The notes under the pieces were generated by a model. It was not told the DNA's origin. It worked only from the letters and a program-made list of their open reading frames with translations, and ran no database searches. Shown here piece after piece: positions 9,649 to 18,601 of a stretch of 56,520 bases of DNA; the stretch's first letter is position 1; each line of letters begins with the position of its first letter. This DNA is from a virus (lineage: Duplodnaviria > Caudoviricetes): IMG/VR virus record IMGVR_UViG_3300034072_001152, positions 1 through 56,520 of that record. One strand, given 5' to 3'. A program made the translations under genes and the position numbers.

Positions 9649-10286
9649 GGCTGCACCCCGATTTTGCGCATCAGGTCGCGCCAATCCATGAAGCACCACG
9701 AACAGCCGTTTTCGTCATCTAGGGCCGGGAACGCCTCATCGGCGGAATACTCGGGCGCATCCTCGCATTCGCACCATTGGCTCTCGCACTCTTCGCAGTA
9801 GGGATGAGCGGGGCCACATTCCTCTTCGATTGCGCTGAGAATGTCGTCAATGTGCTCGCCGACCGTCTCGCCATCCGACCAGTTGCTTTCGGCCCATCCG
9901 CTATGAACGCGCACGACATGGAAGTTCGGGCGCTGGTTGATAGTGAAGATGCGCAAGAGCCGCAGCCCGTCGCCGAAAGAGCATTCGCAGACGTAGGGCG
10001 TGAGCATCCCGCTATCGCCATCCGTCCACAGCGTCCCGAGAAAGGGTTGCTCGATCACATCCTTCAGCATCTGCAAATTCAGCAGATCGCCAATCACCAT
10101 GTCACGCGCAGCTTTTGCGGGCACCACGTTTGCGCGCCAGTGCGGCTGCGGATTGTAAACGCGCCCATCCACTTCAAGCATGACGCTTTCCGGGTTCGGC
10201 CCATCGCCCACTACGGTCGCATAGTCGCGTCGGTCATCTCGCACCACGACAACGCGCTGTCCGATCTCAAGCTGTTCCATCGTCAT
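9645..10286 (-). CDS. Hypothetical acidic Cys-rich protein
   Basis: 213 aa, ATGA overlap with the ligase gene, CEECESQWCEC cluster. Confidence 0.65.
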   Translation of the reverse strand: MTMEQLEIGQRVVVVRDDRRDYATVVGDGPNPESVMLEVDGRVYNPQPHWRANVVPAKAARDMVIGDLLNLQMLKDVIEQPFLGTLWTDGDSGMLTPYVCECSFGDGLRLLRIFTINQRPNFHVVRVHSGWAESNWSDGETVGEHIDDILSAIEEECGPAHPYCEECESQWCECEDAPEYSADEAFPALDDENGCSWCFMDWRDLMRKIGVQP

Positions 10287-10438
10287 TCCCCTGCTAGGGT
10301 CTGAACGGGGATAGCCCCGCCGCCCTGTTCAACCTTGCGCGCCCAGAATTCGGCGCGCAGCTTCCCGGCATTGGCGCGGGCGTGCTCGGATAGCAGCCTG
10401 TCGCGCCTCTGCTCGATCGTTTCCAGCCCGCCGATCAT
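10283..10438 (-). CDS. Small hypothetical protein (51 aa)
   Basis: MIGGLETIEQRRDRLL..., coupled by ATGA overlaps at both ends. Confidence 0.45.
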   Translation of the reverse strand: MIGGLETIEQRRDRLLSEHARANAGKLRAEFWARKVEQGGGAIPVQTLAGE

Positions 10439-12849
10439 GCCGCGCCCGCCTCAGCCGCGATAGCCCCAACCGGGGTAGCGGGTGCCGTCAGCGCTTCGAT
10501 CTCGGCCCAAAGCTCGGCGTTTTCAGTCTCGGCCATCTCGGCGCGGCGCTCCAAGGCGGTGACAAGCCCGCGCATCTCGTCACGCATCGCCTTGGCCTCG
10601 GCGGCCTCTTGCTCGGCAAGGCGGGCGCGGTCCTGAACGGCGCGTTCCCGGTTCTCCACGCCCCGCACATAAGTCGCCGCGCTTGTCTCGATCGCCTCGG
10701 CATTGGCCTTTGCGGCATCGCGCTCGGCTTTCACGCGCTGATATTCGGCCTCGGTCGTTTCGGCCATGTCGCGGAAGGCGGCCGCGCCGGCGACGGCATA
10801 GCGCCGCGCCTTCCGTTCCGCCCAGGCGCGGCGGATCGCCCGTTCATGCGCTGGGGTCCGCTTGGGCCGTGCGGATGCGACGGGTAGGGCCGCAAGCAAG
10901 GCTTCGATCTCGGCGAGGCGCGCCCGGACGGCTGCGATAGGGTCCGGGTCGGCATCGCAAGGCGTCTCAGCCGCGACAGGGGCCGCAACGGGCGCGATTT
11001 CGGGCATCGGGGCGGCATGGGTAGCGGGCGCGGGCTCGCCATCGCAGGGAAGGGCCGTTTCCGGGGCGCTGGCGGTATTTCCGATTTCAGCGGAAATAGC
11101 TTCCACGGTAGGGGCCGCCGCTTCGATCGCCGGCGCCTCAGTCATGATAGCCTCGCCCGCCAGCGCCGCCGCGACTTGTTCCCGGCTGACATATTCCCGC
11201 GCCGCACCCGCCTTCGGGCATCGGCCATCCTTGCCGACACAGAGCAAGCGAGAGTCGCCTTGTTCATAGCACCAGGCCGACACGTAACGCGCCCGGCCAT
11301 CGGCGCCGGGGATCTCGATCACTTCCCACACCGAGTCCCCGATCAGCGCCGCCACTTGTTCCTTGCTCAAGTGAATCTGGGTAGCCCCGGAATTGACCGC
11401 GACGGGATAGCGGCGGTCGCCTTCCACGGTGACGGAATAGTCGGGCTCGATCGCCGGGCCGCCTGCCGGCATCAGGATTGAATAGCTGCCTTCCATGACT
11501 TCATCGAAGGCGGGGATAGTGATTTCCCGCTCGCAAAGCGCTTCCCAGTCTTGCACCGTTTCGGTTCGGGCCGGGTGCGTGACATAGCCGCCCACGGTAA
11601 GGCCCAGCACTCGCTCGCCTTCCGTCTGGATATGTCCCCAGGTTCGGGCAAGCGTGCTGCCGGGCGCATCATTGACCCGCTCAGCCTTCGCATTGTAGCT
11701 CGCCACGCTCGGCAAGCCTTGCCCCTCGGCTAGCGCCTTCAGATATTCCCGGGCATCATAGCGAGACATGCCATCGCTGTAGCGATAGCCCTTGCGCGGC
11801 TCGCTATCCTTCGCGAGCATCATGGCGCACCAGGCGAGTCCGGGATCGCTGGCAGCCGCGCCGAAATAGCGCTTCTCGCCCTCTTGCCACTCGACAGCCA
11901 CCGGCGCGGCCTTGGCGAAGGCTTCCATGGCGGCAAGCGGGCGGCCCGGCATCATGTCAGGGAAAAGCGGGGCCTCGCCTTGACTGGTAGGGGTCGCCAT
12001 GCCTTCAAAGGCGCGCGGCCAATCGGGAAAAGTCCCGTCGATCAGCTTCGACACGATCCGCACCGGGCCGAACCGCACCGCGACCTTTCCCGCGCTGTCA
12101 TTACCGAACCGGGATAGGGTGACAGCCTCGCCCGCGTCATAGATCTTCGCCGCTGCGAGGATCACGGCCCCGGTCTTGCGCGGCAAGATTGCATCCTGCC
12201 AGCCTGCCAGCCCTGCCGGCATCGGACGCGATGCGGCGGCCATGTTGCTGCCATCGGTCGCCACCATCACAAGACTATCGCGCCCGGCCATGTCGCGGGC
12301 CTGCATTGCATAGCCGTTCAGATAATAGCGCGTCTCTTCAGTCGACACGGCGGGCGCGAGCGCCTTCAGATCCGCAAGGAATTGCCCGGCCGGGATAGGG
12401 GCGGACATGTCAGGCGCGGGGACATATGCCAGCGCCGGGAACAATTCGGCGTCATGGCCGCGCAGGGCCCAGACACCGCGCCCGGCCTTCAGCGTCGCCC
12501 GGTTGCTGTCTGTCTGTGTCAGCCGCACCCGGTCGCTATCCTTGCGAGCCTTTGCCAGCGCATCGGAAAGCGGCCCCGCATCCAAGCACAGGCGGCCCGG
12601 CTCGATTGTCTCGCCAGCATCGGCTTGCAGCTCGATACGCGCCAAGATGTCCAAATCGGTCCCGGACAGGGTGACGCGGCCGCAAGGTTCCACTTCGATC
12701 AGCAGTGCCGACAAAACCGGGATAGAGTTGCGCCGCTCGATCACCTTGGACGCGAGCAGCTTTGCCGCGTTGGCGAATTCGGCGGCGTTGAGGGTGACGA
12801 TTGCCCGCGCATCGGTTGCGGTTTCCGGGCTCATGGTTTCGTGTTGCAT
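10435..12849 (-). CDS. Large protein with N-terminal DNA polymerase III beta-clamp-like region and C-terminal coiled coil
   Basis: DnaN motifs IERRNSIPVLS, GTDLDI, STEETRYYLNG, VATDG, ILPRK, SKLIDGTFPDW in the first ~280 aa; AAAGGA RBS before MQHET. Confidence 0.8.
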   Translation of the reverse strand: MQHETMSPETATDARAIVTLNAAEFANAAKLLASKVIERRNSIPVLSALLIEVEPCGRVTLSGTDLDILARIELQADAGETIEPGRLCLDAGPLSDALAKARKDSDRVRLTQTDSNRATLKAGRGVWALRGHDAELFPALAYVPAPDMSAPIPAGQFLADLKALAPAVSTEETRYYLNGYAMQARDMAGRDSLVMVATDGSNMAAASRPMPAGLAGWQDAILPRKTGAVILAAAKIYDAGEAVTLSRFGNDSAGKVAVRFGPVRIVSKLIDGTFPDWPRAFEGMATPTSQGEAPLFPDMMPGRPLAAMEAFAKAAPVAVEWQEGEKRYFGAAASDPGLAWCAMMLAKDSEPRKGYRYSDGMSRYDAREYLKALAEGQGLPSVASYNAKAERVNDAPGSTLARTWGHIQTEGERVLGLTVGGYVTHPARTETVQDWEALCEREITIPAFDEVMEGSYSILMPAGGPAIEPDYSVTVEGDRRYPVAVNSGATQIHLSKEQVAALIGDSVWEVIEIPGADGRARYVSAWCYEQGDSRLLCVGKDGRCPKAGAAREYVSREQVAAALAGEAIMTEAPAIEAAAPTVEAISAEIGNTASAPETALPCDGEPAPATHAAPMPEIAPVAAPVAAETPCDADPDPIAAVRARLAEIEALLAALPVASARPKRTPAHERAIRRAWAERKARRYAVAGAAAFRDMAETTEAEYQRVKAERDAAKANAEAIETSAATYVRGVENRERAVQDRARLAEQEAAEAKAMRDEMRGLVTALERRAEMAETENAELWAEIEALTAPATPVGAIAAEAGAA

Positions 12850-12961
12850 ATTCGTTTCCTTTGTCATGCCTTTGCTCATCAGCGGGCGGCCAAGGCGAGC
12901 CGGTCCCGGACGCGCGCTGGCCGGGATAGGGGCGCGCGTTTCGCTTGAATCGGGGTAGGTG

Positions 12962-13162
12962 TCAGTAATCGAAGCGCCGGAACGTGAGGCGGTGCGCGAA
13001 GTCGCGGCCCTCGTCATAAGCCTCGTCAAGCTCCGTATAATTGTCATCGTCATCGCGCGCCGGATCCGCCCATGTGAAGTCTGAGCGGAATTCCAGCATT
13101 CCAAGGATGAAAGCGCCCCAGCGTGTGCGCGGGTTGAAGCGGGCTATTGCAGAATGAAACAC
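12962..13162 (-). CDS. Small acidic hypothetical protein
   Basis: GTG start after GAAAGGAAAG; 66 aa. Confidence 0.6.
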   Translation of the reverse strand: MFHSAIARFNPRTRWGAFILGMLEFRSDFTWADPARDDDDNYTELDEAYDEGRDFAHRLTFRRFDY

Positions 13163-13193
13163 GGTCTTTCCTTTCGATAAATCAGGGTAGGGG

Positions 13194-13568
13194 TCAAATA
13201 TGCCCCTCGCACCATTCTGGAACGGTTGCCGCCACGGTCGCGCCCGCCTTGGCCTTATCCTCATCGCTCAGGCCTTCCGGCCATGTGGGCGAGCTGTGTG
13301 CATGGGCGCGCCCGGCCTTTGTGTGCTCGCCCAGGCGGCCGCCCTTGCGGATGGTGACGGGAAAGAGCGTGCGCCGCAGCCATTCGGAATCGCTGGTGAA
13401 TTGCAGGGGATAGGGGCGGCCATCATCGCGCGGCTTCTTGCTCCACAAGGGGCGATGATCGCCGGTAAAGCGGTGGAGATAGGACCGCAGCGCATCTTGT
13501 TGCAGCGCGGGCGGCAAGAGATCGCCGCGCACCATGGCCGGGCCGGTGTATCCGTTGAAATCGGGCAT
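13194..13568 (-). CDS. Hypothetical protein
   Basis: MPDFNG start after AAAAGGA; YLHRFTGDHRPLW motif seen in phage early proteins. Confidence 0.65.
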   Translation of the reverse strand: MPDFNGYTGPAMVRGDLLPPALQQDALRSYLHRFTGDHRPLWSKKPRDDGRPYPLQFTSDSEWLRRTLFPVTIRKGGRLGEHTKAGRAHAHSSPTWPEGLSDEDKAKAGATVAATVPEWCEGHI

Positions 13569-13698
13569 CGCAATTTCCTTTTCCATGCGGGCAAAGCGGC
13601 CCGCGCGCTTGGCTTTGTCGCCACGTTCCCCGCCGACTCGCGGTAGGGGACATGGCGGCCCGATCATGCGACCGGGCGCGCCTGAATTGGGGTAGGGC

Positions 13699-14280
13699 CT
13701 ATTCTTCCCCCTCTTCCACGAGATCGATCGTGCGGCCCTCCACGGCATGAAAGCAGGCGGCATGAATTCCGACTTCACACACGAAACGGCGCTCGGCGTG
13801 CGCCTCATCCTCAGCTTTGACGAGATAGCTGACGGTTTCGGTTATGCGGTAGGTTGCCAAGTCTCCGGGCCATGATTCATCTGGTTGCGCGACGGCGACC
13901 GGCGATTGATTGCCGGTAGGTTCGCCGGTTGCGGCGGCAATGGCCGATTGAATTGATAGCAGCGCATCGGCCTCTTCAGCATTGCGAGCGGGGCTAAGAG
14001 CATCCGCAGCTAACCGCAGTGCAGCCAACATCACAGGCGCGGCCTGTTGCGCCCGGTGAATTGCCACAGTGGAGTCAAGATCGCCGGGGCCATGGACAAG
14101 GCTCACTTCGCGCTCGATTTCGTCCCCGGTGACTTCATCCCAAAGGAACGCGCCCACTTCGCCATTGTCGAATTTGTCGCGGGCTTCCCGCGCGTTTGCC
14201 GCTTCGACTTGCCAGAATTCACGGATGGGGCTTTCCGCCGTGGTTTCGATGATAAACAGAGGCATTGCGTCAATCTCCAC
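13699..14280 (-). CDS. Hypothetical acidic protein
   Basis: 193 aa ORF in the leftward early cluster; start uncertain. Confidence 0.6.
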   Translation of the reverse strand: MEIDAMPLFIIETTAESPIREFWQVEAANAREARDKFDNGEVGAFLWDEVTGDEIEREVSLVHGPGDLDSTVAIHRAQQAAPVMLAALRLAADALSPARNAEEADALLSIQSAIAAATGEPTGNQSPVAVAQPDESWPGDLATYRITETVSYLVKAEDEAHAERRFVCEVGIHAACFHAVEGRTIDLVEEGEE

Positions 14281-14406
14281 ATCATGCCGCGAATGCGCGC
14301 GGCGCGCCTAGGCCGGGTGCCTAACCAGATTCACCGCATCGCAGTAAATCGAGATAGGGGCGAAGGCCGCGACCGTGGTAGGGCGCAAGCCTTCGCCGGT
14401 AGGGGG

Positions 14407-14895
14407 TTATTCCTCTTCCTCAGCCTCGGCTTGCGCCTCAATTGCATCCCACAATTGATTGCCGATCATTTCGATCTCGCGATAAATGCCAACGCCGATC
14501 ATCTCCATCACGCCGTCATCGGGCGCGATTCCATATTCCTCGGCGGCCTCGTCCACATAGGCAACGCGCGACACATGCGAGGCCAGCCAGGCGGCGCGCT
14601 CGGCATTGTAATCCGGCACAAGCGAGTCGGCGCCCTCGGCTATAATGTCGTATCGCTCGTGTTGCCCATATTGGAGCGATTGGAGCGACTTCGCTATGTG
14701 ATCCGCTATCCCGGCGGCAAAGCGATAGGTCCAATCATTCGGCAGCATTTCACCGTTATCGTGCGCCGCGTGCAAGGCGTCCTGCATCCATTCGGGCGCG
14801 CCATCTTTCAGGCAATAGAAGCCCTCGCCATTGTCGCGGGTCTTATGCTCAAATGCATCGGCAAGAGCGCGGGCGGTTTCGATAAGGTTTGCCAT
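14407..14895 (-). CDS. Ocr-like (T7 gp0.3-like) acidic DNA-mimic anti-restriction protein
   Basis: DIIAEGADSLVPDYNAE aligns by eye with Ocr DAIHMAADNAVPHYYAD; IGVGIY..LWDAIE..EEEE tail resembles Ocr; highly acidic. Confidence 0.6.
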   Translation of the reverse strand: MANLIETARALADAFEHKTRDNGEGFYCLKDGAPEWMQDALHAAHDNGEMLPNDWTYRFAAGIADHIAKSLQSLQYGQHERYDIIAEGADSLVPDYNAERAAWLASHVSRVAYVDEAAEEYGIAPDDGVMEMIGVGIYREIEMIGNQLWDAIEAQAEAEEEE

Positions 14896-15023
14896 CGTTT
14901 CAATTCCTATGCGGCCAGAACCGGGCCGCGCGGCTAGGCGGGTTGCCTATCGCAAGGCCCGCAATCGCAGGCCAAGGGATAGGCGGCGGGGTTGCCCCCG
15001 CGCGCCGTTAAGCGGGGATAGGG

Positions 15024-15239
15024 CTAGGCCATTGCCCCCGCCATGCTGGCATTGATGCGGGCGAGATAGTCCCCGATTGGTTCCGCGCGATACGCTCGCC
15101 CGTTCATCGAGCTGGCAAGGCGCTTGTCACTCTTGAAGAGCTCCATGGCGCACTCGCCCGAATCGCGGTGGACGATTGCCCATGAACCTTCCCATGGGCG
15201 CAAAGGGGGAAGTGCGAGCCCCTGATTCGCCGCGCCCAT
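15024..15239 (-). CDS. Hypothetical protein
   Basis: 71 aa, coupled to the upstream gene (TAATG). Confidence 0.6.
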   Translation of the reverse strand: MGAANQGLALPPLRPWEGSWAIVHRDSGECAMELFKSDKRLASSMNGRAYRAEPIGDYLARINASMAGAMA

Positions 15240-15580
15240 TATGCGGGCCCCACTTCAAGAGAGGGGGCCGCATCCATAACGCGCCAAAGCTTGTCCGGGC
15301 CGTGTCTGGCAACCAGCGATTCGACCAGCAAGCGCGCGCCAATCCAATTGAGCCCTTGCGCCTGGCCGTCAACGCGACCGCTAATCACGTTAGCCAGAAG
15401 GAAGGGCGCAATCCTGCCAAGCATAAGGCCCGAACGGGCACATGAGAGGCGCGGCCCTTCAAGCGCCGACTCCTCATGGATGAACAGACGGGCAAGGCGG
15501 TCACCAATCTTAATATCGAAAGCCTCGCCTGCGACCGCCACCGGGCCGTCTTCAGTGTGAATGTGGAATGTCTGGGTCAT
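15239..15580 (-). CDS. Hypothetical protein
   Basis: 113 aa, GAAAGG RBS. Confidence 0.6.
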   Translation of the reverse strand: MTQTFHIHTEDGPVAVAGEAFDIKIGDRLARLFIHEESALEGPRLSCARSGLMLGRIAPFLLANVISGRVDGQAQGLNWIGARLLVESLVARHGPDKLWRVMDAAPSLEVGPA

Positions 15581-15703
15581 GTCAGGGCCTTTCGTTCATC
15601 AGGGTGCGCCACGCCTTCAGGGCCGCGCGCAAGCTATGGGCGATGGATGCGAGCGCGATTGCGCCCGCGACATAGAATAGGGTGGAGATTGCGAGGGTGA
15701 GCA

Positions 15704-15955
15704 TTAGGCTTGCCACTGCGCGAAGATGGCACCCAACGGCTTGCCCGCCTTGCTGACAAGATCAGCGCGCAGCATGTCGCTTGCTACCTGCTCCCATGTC
15801 GAGCGCTGCAGGGCTTGCAGCACATGCTTAGGGACGGGGAGCTTTGCCAGCTCGCCAAAGTCAGGGATGCGCATCATGTTTTCGTGCCGATACGGCGGCA
15901 CATTGCGGGCAATCACATTGCCGATTGCGCTAACTTGATAGGTGAGTGTGAACAT
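15704..15955 (-). CDS. Hypothetical protein
   Basis: MFTLTYQ start after GAAAGGCAAGG. Confidence 0.55.
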   Translation of the reverse strand: MFTLTYQVSAIGNVIARNVPPYRHENMMRIPDFGELAKLPVPKHVLQALQRSTWEQVASDMLRADLVSKAGKPLGAIFAQWQA

Positions 15956-15994
15956 TGCCTTGCCTTTCAAATGCGCCATGCCGGGCGCGCGGGA

Positions 15995-16183
15995 TTAAGT
16001 GCGAATTGCCGCCATCGCGGCGAACAGGTTGTGGCGGCCATTGAGAAGCTGTTCGGGAACCGGGCGGCCCTCGCGCTCAAAACTTTCGATGCGCGCCGTT
16101 GCCCGATTGTAAGCTGCAGCTTCCGCCGCGCTGATCACTGCGCCCGTATAGAGCCTGTCACCTGCTTTAAGGGGGTTGGCCAT
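15995..16183 (-). CDS. Hypothetical protein (first gene of the leftward early cluster)
   Basis: 62 aa; EQLLNGRHNLF motif. Confidence 0.55.
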   Translation of the reverse strand: MANPLKAGDRLYTGAVISAAEAAAYNRATARIESFEREGRPVPEQLLNGRHNLFAAMAAIRT

Positions 16184-16314
16184 TGCTTGCCTTGCCGCGG
16201 TTTGGGGAGAGACTTAGCGCCTCTCCCCTTCCCGCCCTTTCCTTTCAAGTGCTGCCAAGCGGACAGCGCGCGTCTTTCGTTTCAAATGCTGATTAGGTCA
16301 GCGCCATGTGTCGC

Positions 16315-16342
16315 TAAATACGCTCGCCAGAATTGAACGCAA
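16315..16342 (-). promoter_or_regulatory. Candidate sigma70 promoter driving the leftward early cluster
   Basis: TTGCGT-16 nt-TATTTA preceded by a T-tract. Confidence 0.35.
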
Positions 16343-16419
16343 GTAAAAAATGCGCGCCCATAGCTCGAGCTGGCACAATAGGCGCGCCTGGTGGAGCGTA
16401 TCGGGCGCGGGTAAATTGC

Positions 16420-16464
16420 GGTTCCTACCTAGAGAGAGCAGATCATGATAGCGCTGTGGAACCT
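16420..16464 (+). other. Candidate cos (packaging end) site
   Basis: GGTTCCT (lambda cosQ is GGGTCCT) followed 26 nt later by GCTGTGGAACCT (lambda cohesive end GGGCGGCGACCT), in an intergenic region. Confidence 0.35.
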
Positions 16465-16518
16465 CAAAGTTTGGCTCTGACCTAGTTTTACTGAATTAAT
16501 TCTGTTTGAGGTTTAGGT

Positions 16519-17034
16519 TTATTGCCTGCCGGTAAATCCATACTTGCGTTCAGCGGACTTCCTAGCCTTCACTGCGTCCTCGAATTTGGAAAAGCCTCCC
16601 AAGGCTATCTGGACATCATTGACCTTGATGTAGGCGAGCCAGCATTGCCGCTTCGTGCCCCAGCAGACGCCAGTTCGCCCGCTCGTGTTCGAACGGTGCC
16701 GGCCTTGATTCCGCTGATTGACGACTTGAGGAACGTCTCTGAGATTGCGCAGCCGATTGTCGGCACGCTTCCCGTTCCGATGATCTAGCTGCTCAGGCCA
16801 ATATCCGTGAACCATCGCCCATATGACCCGGTGCGCTAGATACGTCTTGTCGAACAACTTCAGTGCTCGATACCCGTGAGCGTCGATCGTCCCGGCCATT
16901 TTCCCGGCGTGCAGGGTGTTCCAGCGCTTCGACCATTTGCCGGTGCGCGGCCGCCAAAACAGCAATCCTGTCTCGGGGTAATAATCCAGCAGTTGACGCA
17001 ACAGTTCTGGCGAGGGAAGTGGCTTCTTAGCCAT
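16519..17034 (-). CDS. HNH homing endonuclease with AP2-like domain (copy 3)
   Basis: LDYYPETG; AHRVIW..LDHRNGKRADNRLRNLR; WLAYI..LGGF. Confidence 0.9.
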   Translation of the reverse strand: MAKKPLPSPELLRQLLDYYPETGLLFWRPRTGKWSKRWNTLHAGKMAGTIDAHGYRALKLFDKTYLAHRVIWAMVHGYWPEQLDHRNGKRADNRLRNLRDVPQVVNQRNQGRHRSNTSGRTGVCWGTKRQCWLAYIKVNDVQIALGGFSKFEDAVKARKSAERKYGFTGRQ

Positions 17035-17125
17035 GCGATGCTCCAATCATCGTTGTGGTCAGGGGCGGGTGAGGTTGCAGCCTTATCCGCCTCGCCTTTG
17101 TGCCGGTTCTGTTCTCATTCGTCAA
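17032..17125 (-). promoter_or_regulatory. Promoter plus two-hairpin leader, copy 3, with a possible LexA box
   Basis: TTGACG-17-CACAAA; GTTC-N7-ATTC at 17106..17120; hairpin, TGACC, CGATG-attggag-CATCG, ATGGCT. Confidence 0.6.
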
Positions 17126-17243
17126 ACACGGCTCACCCGATCACCAGCTTTCCGAGCAGTGACCAGCGCGGTCGGCATCACCTCGCTGAAGCCGAGGCAT
17201 TCCGGCGAGATGCCGCTGTCGCACTGGATCGCTACTCGGGTGG

Positions 17244-18308
17244 TCATTTGACCACTGCCTTCCGATACTGGGCATCATACTCGCCCACCGCCGCCCTGAA
17301 GCCGGCCGGGAAGCTGGTGCTGTTGCAAGGGCCGCGCAGTTGAATCGCGCCCGCGACCGGAGACATCTCGATCGTCGCGATGCGCTTGCCGTCTTTCTGG
17401 CAACTGACGATTGAGGCCGAGCCCCGCATGACCCGCGGCGTGTAGCTGGCAACGCAGTGGTGCATCGCTGCGCCCTCAAGGTGGATGGCCTCGGGCGTCC
17501 GCAGCGCAATGAAGGTGAAGCCGCCGATCTCGACCTGATCGGACATGGGGTTTCGGCAGATCACTTGGTCGACCGGGACGCCGTGAACATTGGCTTTCTG
17601 GCGAGCAAGGGCTTCGTGCCAGCGTTCCCGGGCGGCTGCGGCTTGATCCCATGTCCAGTTGAGGTCGATCGTCACCCTGACCTCGCGGGTGAAGTTCGCC
17701 CGGGTGAAAAAGTCGATCATGTCGAAAAGCTCAGAGCCGTTGTGCGTCCCGAGTTCGCGAACCATCCAAGGCCAAAACCGCGTTTCGAACATCCGTGGCA
17801 TCGCGCCATTGAGCACGTTCAACCAAACCCGTTGCCGCTTCGGATGCGACCTCGGCATGGCCTGAGCGATCATCGACGGGTTCATGTCGCAGAGCAGGCG
17901 CAGCAGATCGGCGTGGCGCGGCAACGGAGCCTTAGGGTGGATATTGCGCATCGGCATCGGGATCGACCAGCGCCGCATGATGTCGCGCAGCCGTGGCCTG
18001 CCTTCGAACACATCAATGACCGTGCGCTGGATTAACTCGGCCTGCTTGGGCGTGATGCGATGCGGCTGGGTAACGCCGTGGCCCAGCCAGATCGGCAGTG
18101 CCGGGAACTGCTCGAAATAGTCGATCACCCACGGCCTGTAGCGGGTCATCGGCAGCGCAAGGGCGCACATCTGGGTCTGGGCGCCGTAGAGGGCCTTGCA
18201 GCGCGCTTCGACCGTATCGCCGACCAGATAGTTCTGCTCATCGGCCGGATTGGCGAATTCGAAGGGCAGCATCTCGCCCGGCCGAGGCTGTTCTGGAAAC
18301 CAGCTCAC
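17244..18308 (-). CDS. PcfJ-domain protein
   Basis: LRTPEAIHLEGAAMHHCVASY..ATIEM..QLRGPCN PcfJ signature. Confidence 0.8.
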   Translation of the reverse strand: MSWFPEQPRPGEMLPFEFANPADEQNYLVGDTVEARCKALYGAQTQMCALALPMTRYRPWVIDYFEQFPALPIWLGHGVTQPHRITPKQAELIQRTVIDVFEGRPRLRDIMRRWSIPMPMRNIHPKAPLPRHADLLRLLCDMNPSMIAQAMPRSHPKRQRVWLNVLNGAMPRMFETRFWPWMVRELGTHNGSELFDMIDFFTRANFTREVRVTIDLNWTWDQAAAARERWHEALARQKANVHGVPVDQVICRNPMSDQVEIGGFTFIALRTPEAIHLEGAAMHHCVASYTPRVMRGSASIVSCQKDGKRIATIEMSPVAGAIQLRGPCNSTSFPAGFRAAVGEYDAQYRKAVVK

Positions 18309-18601
18309 GCAACCTTCCCCCGCTTCCGCAGCCGGGCATTGACCATCTCAAGCCATATCCGCTCGCATCCGGTCGGCATCCGATCGCCTTTCCTGAGATT
18401 GCAGGACTGATGCATTACGACCTGGTTGCCATATTCGCGCTTCCCGCCCTTTGCGCGCGGAATCACCTCGTCGATCGTGAGTGCGCGCGGATGCTTCCGG
18501 CCGAGGTGCGGAAATGCGCGCTCGCCGCAGGAAGCGCATTTCAGGTCTTGCAGTTTCCAGAGCAGCATCCGGCGCTTTCCTTTGCCCTGCGCCTTGCTCA
18601 C
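18305..18601 (-). CDS. Small HNH endonuclease (Zn-binding type)
   Basis: CASCG..TIDEVIPRAKGG..NQVVMHQSCNLRKGD. Confidence 0.75.
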   Translation of the reverse strand: MSKAQGKGKRRMLLWKLQDLKCASCGERAFPHLGRKHPRALTIDEVIPRAKGGKREYGNQVVMHQSCNLRKGDRMPTGCERIWLEMVNARLRKRGKVA

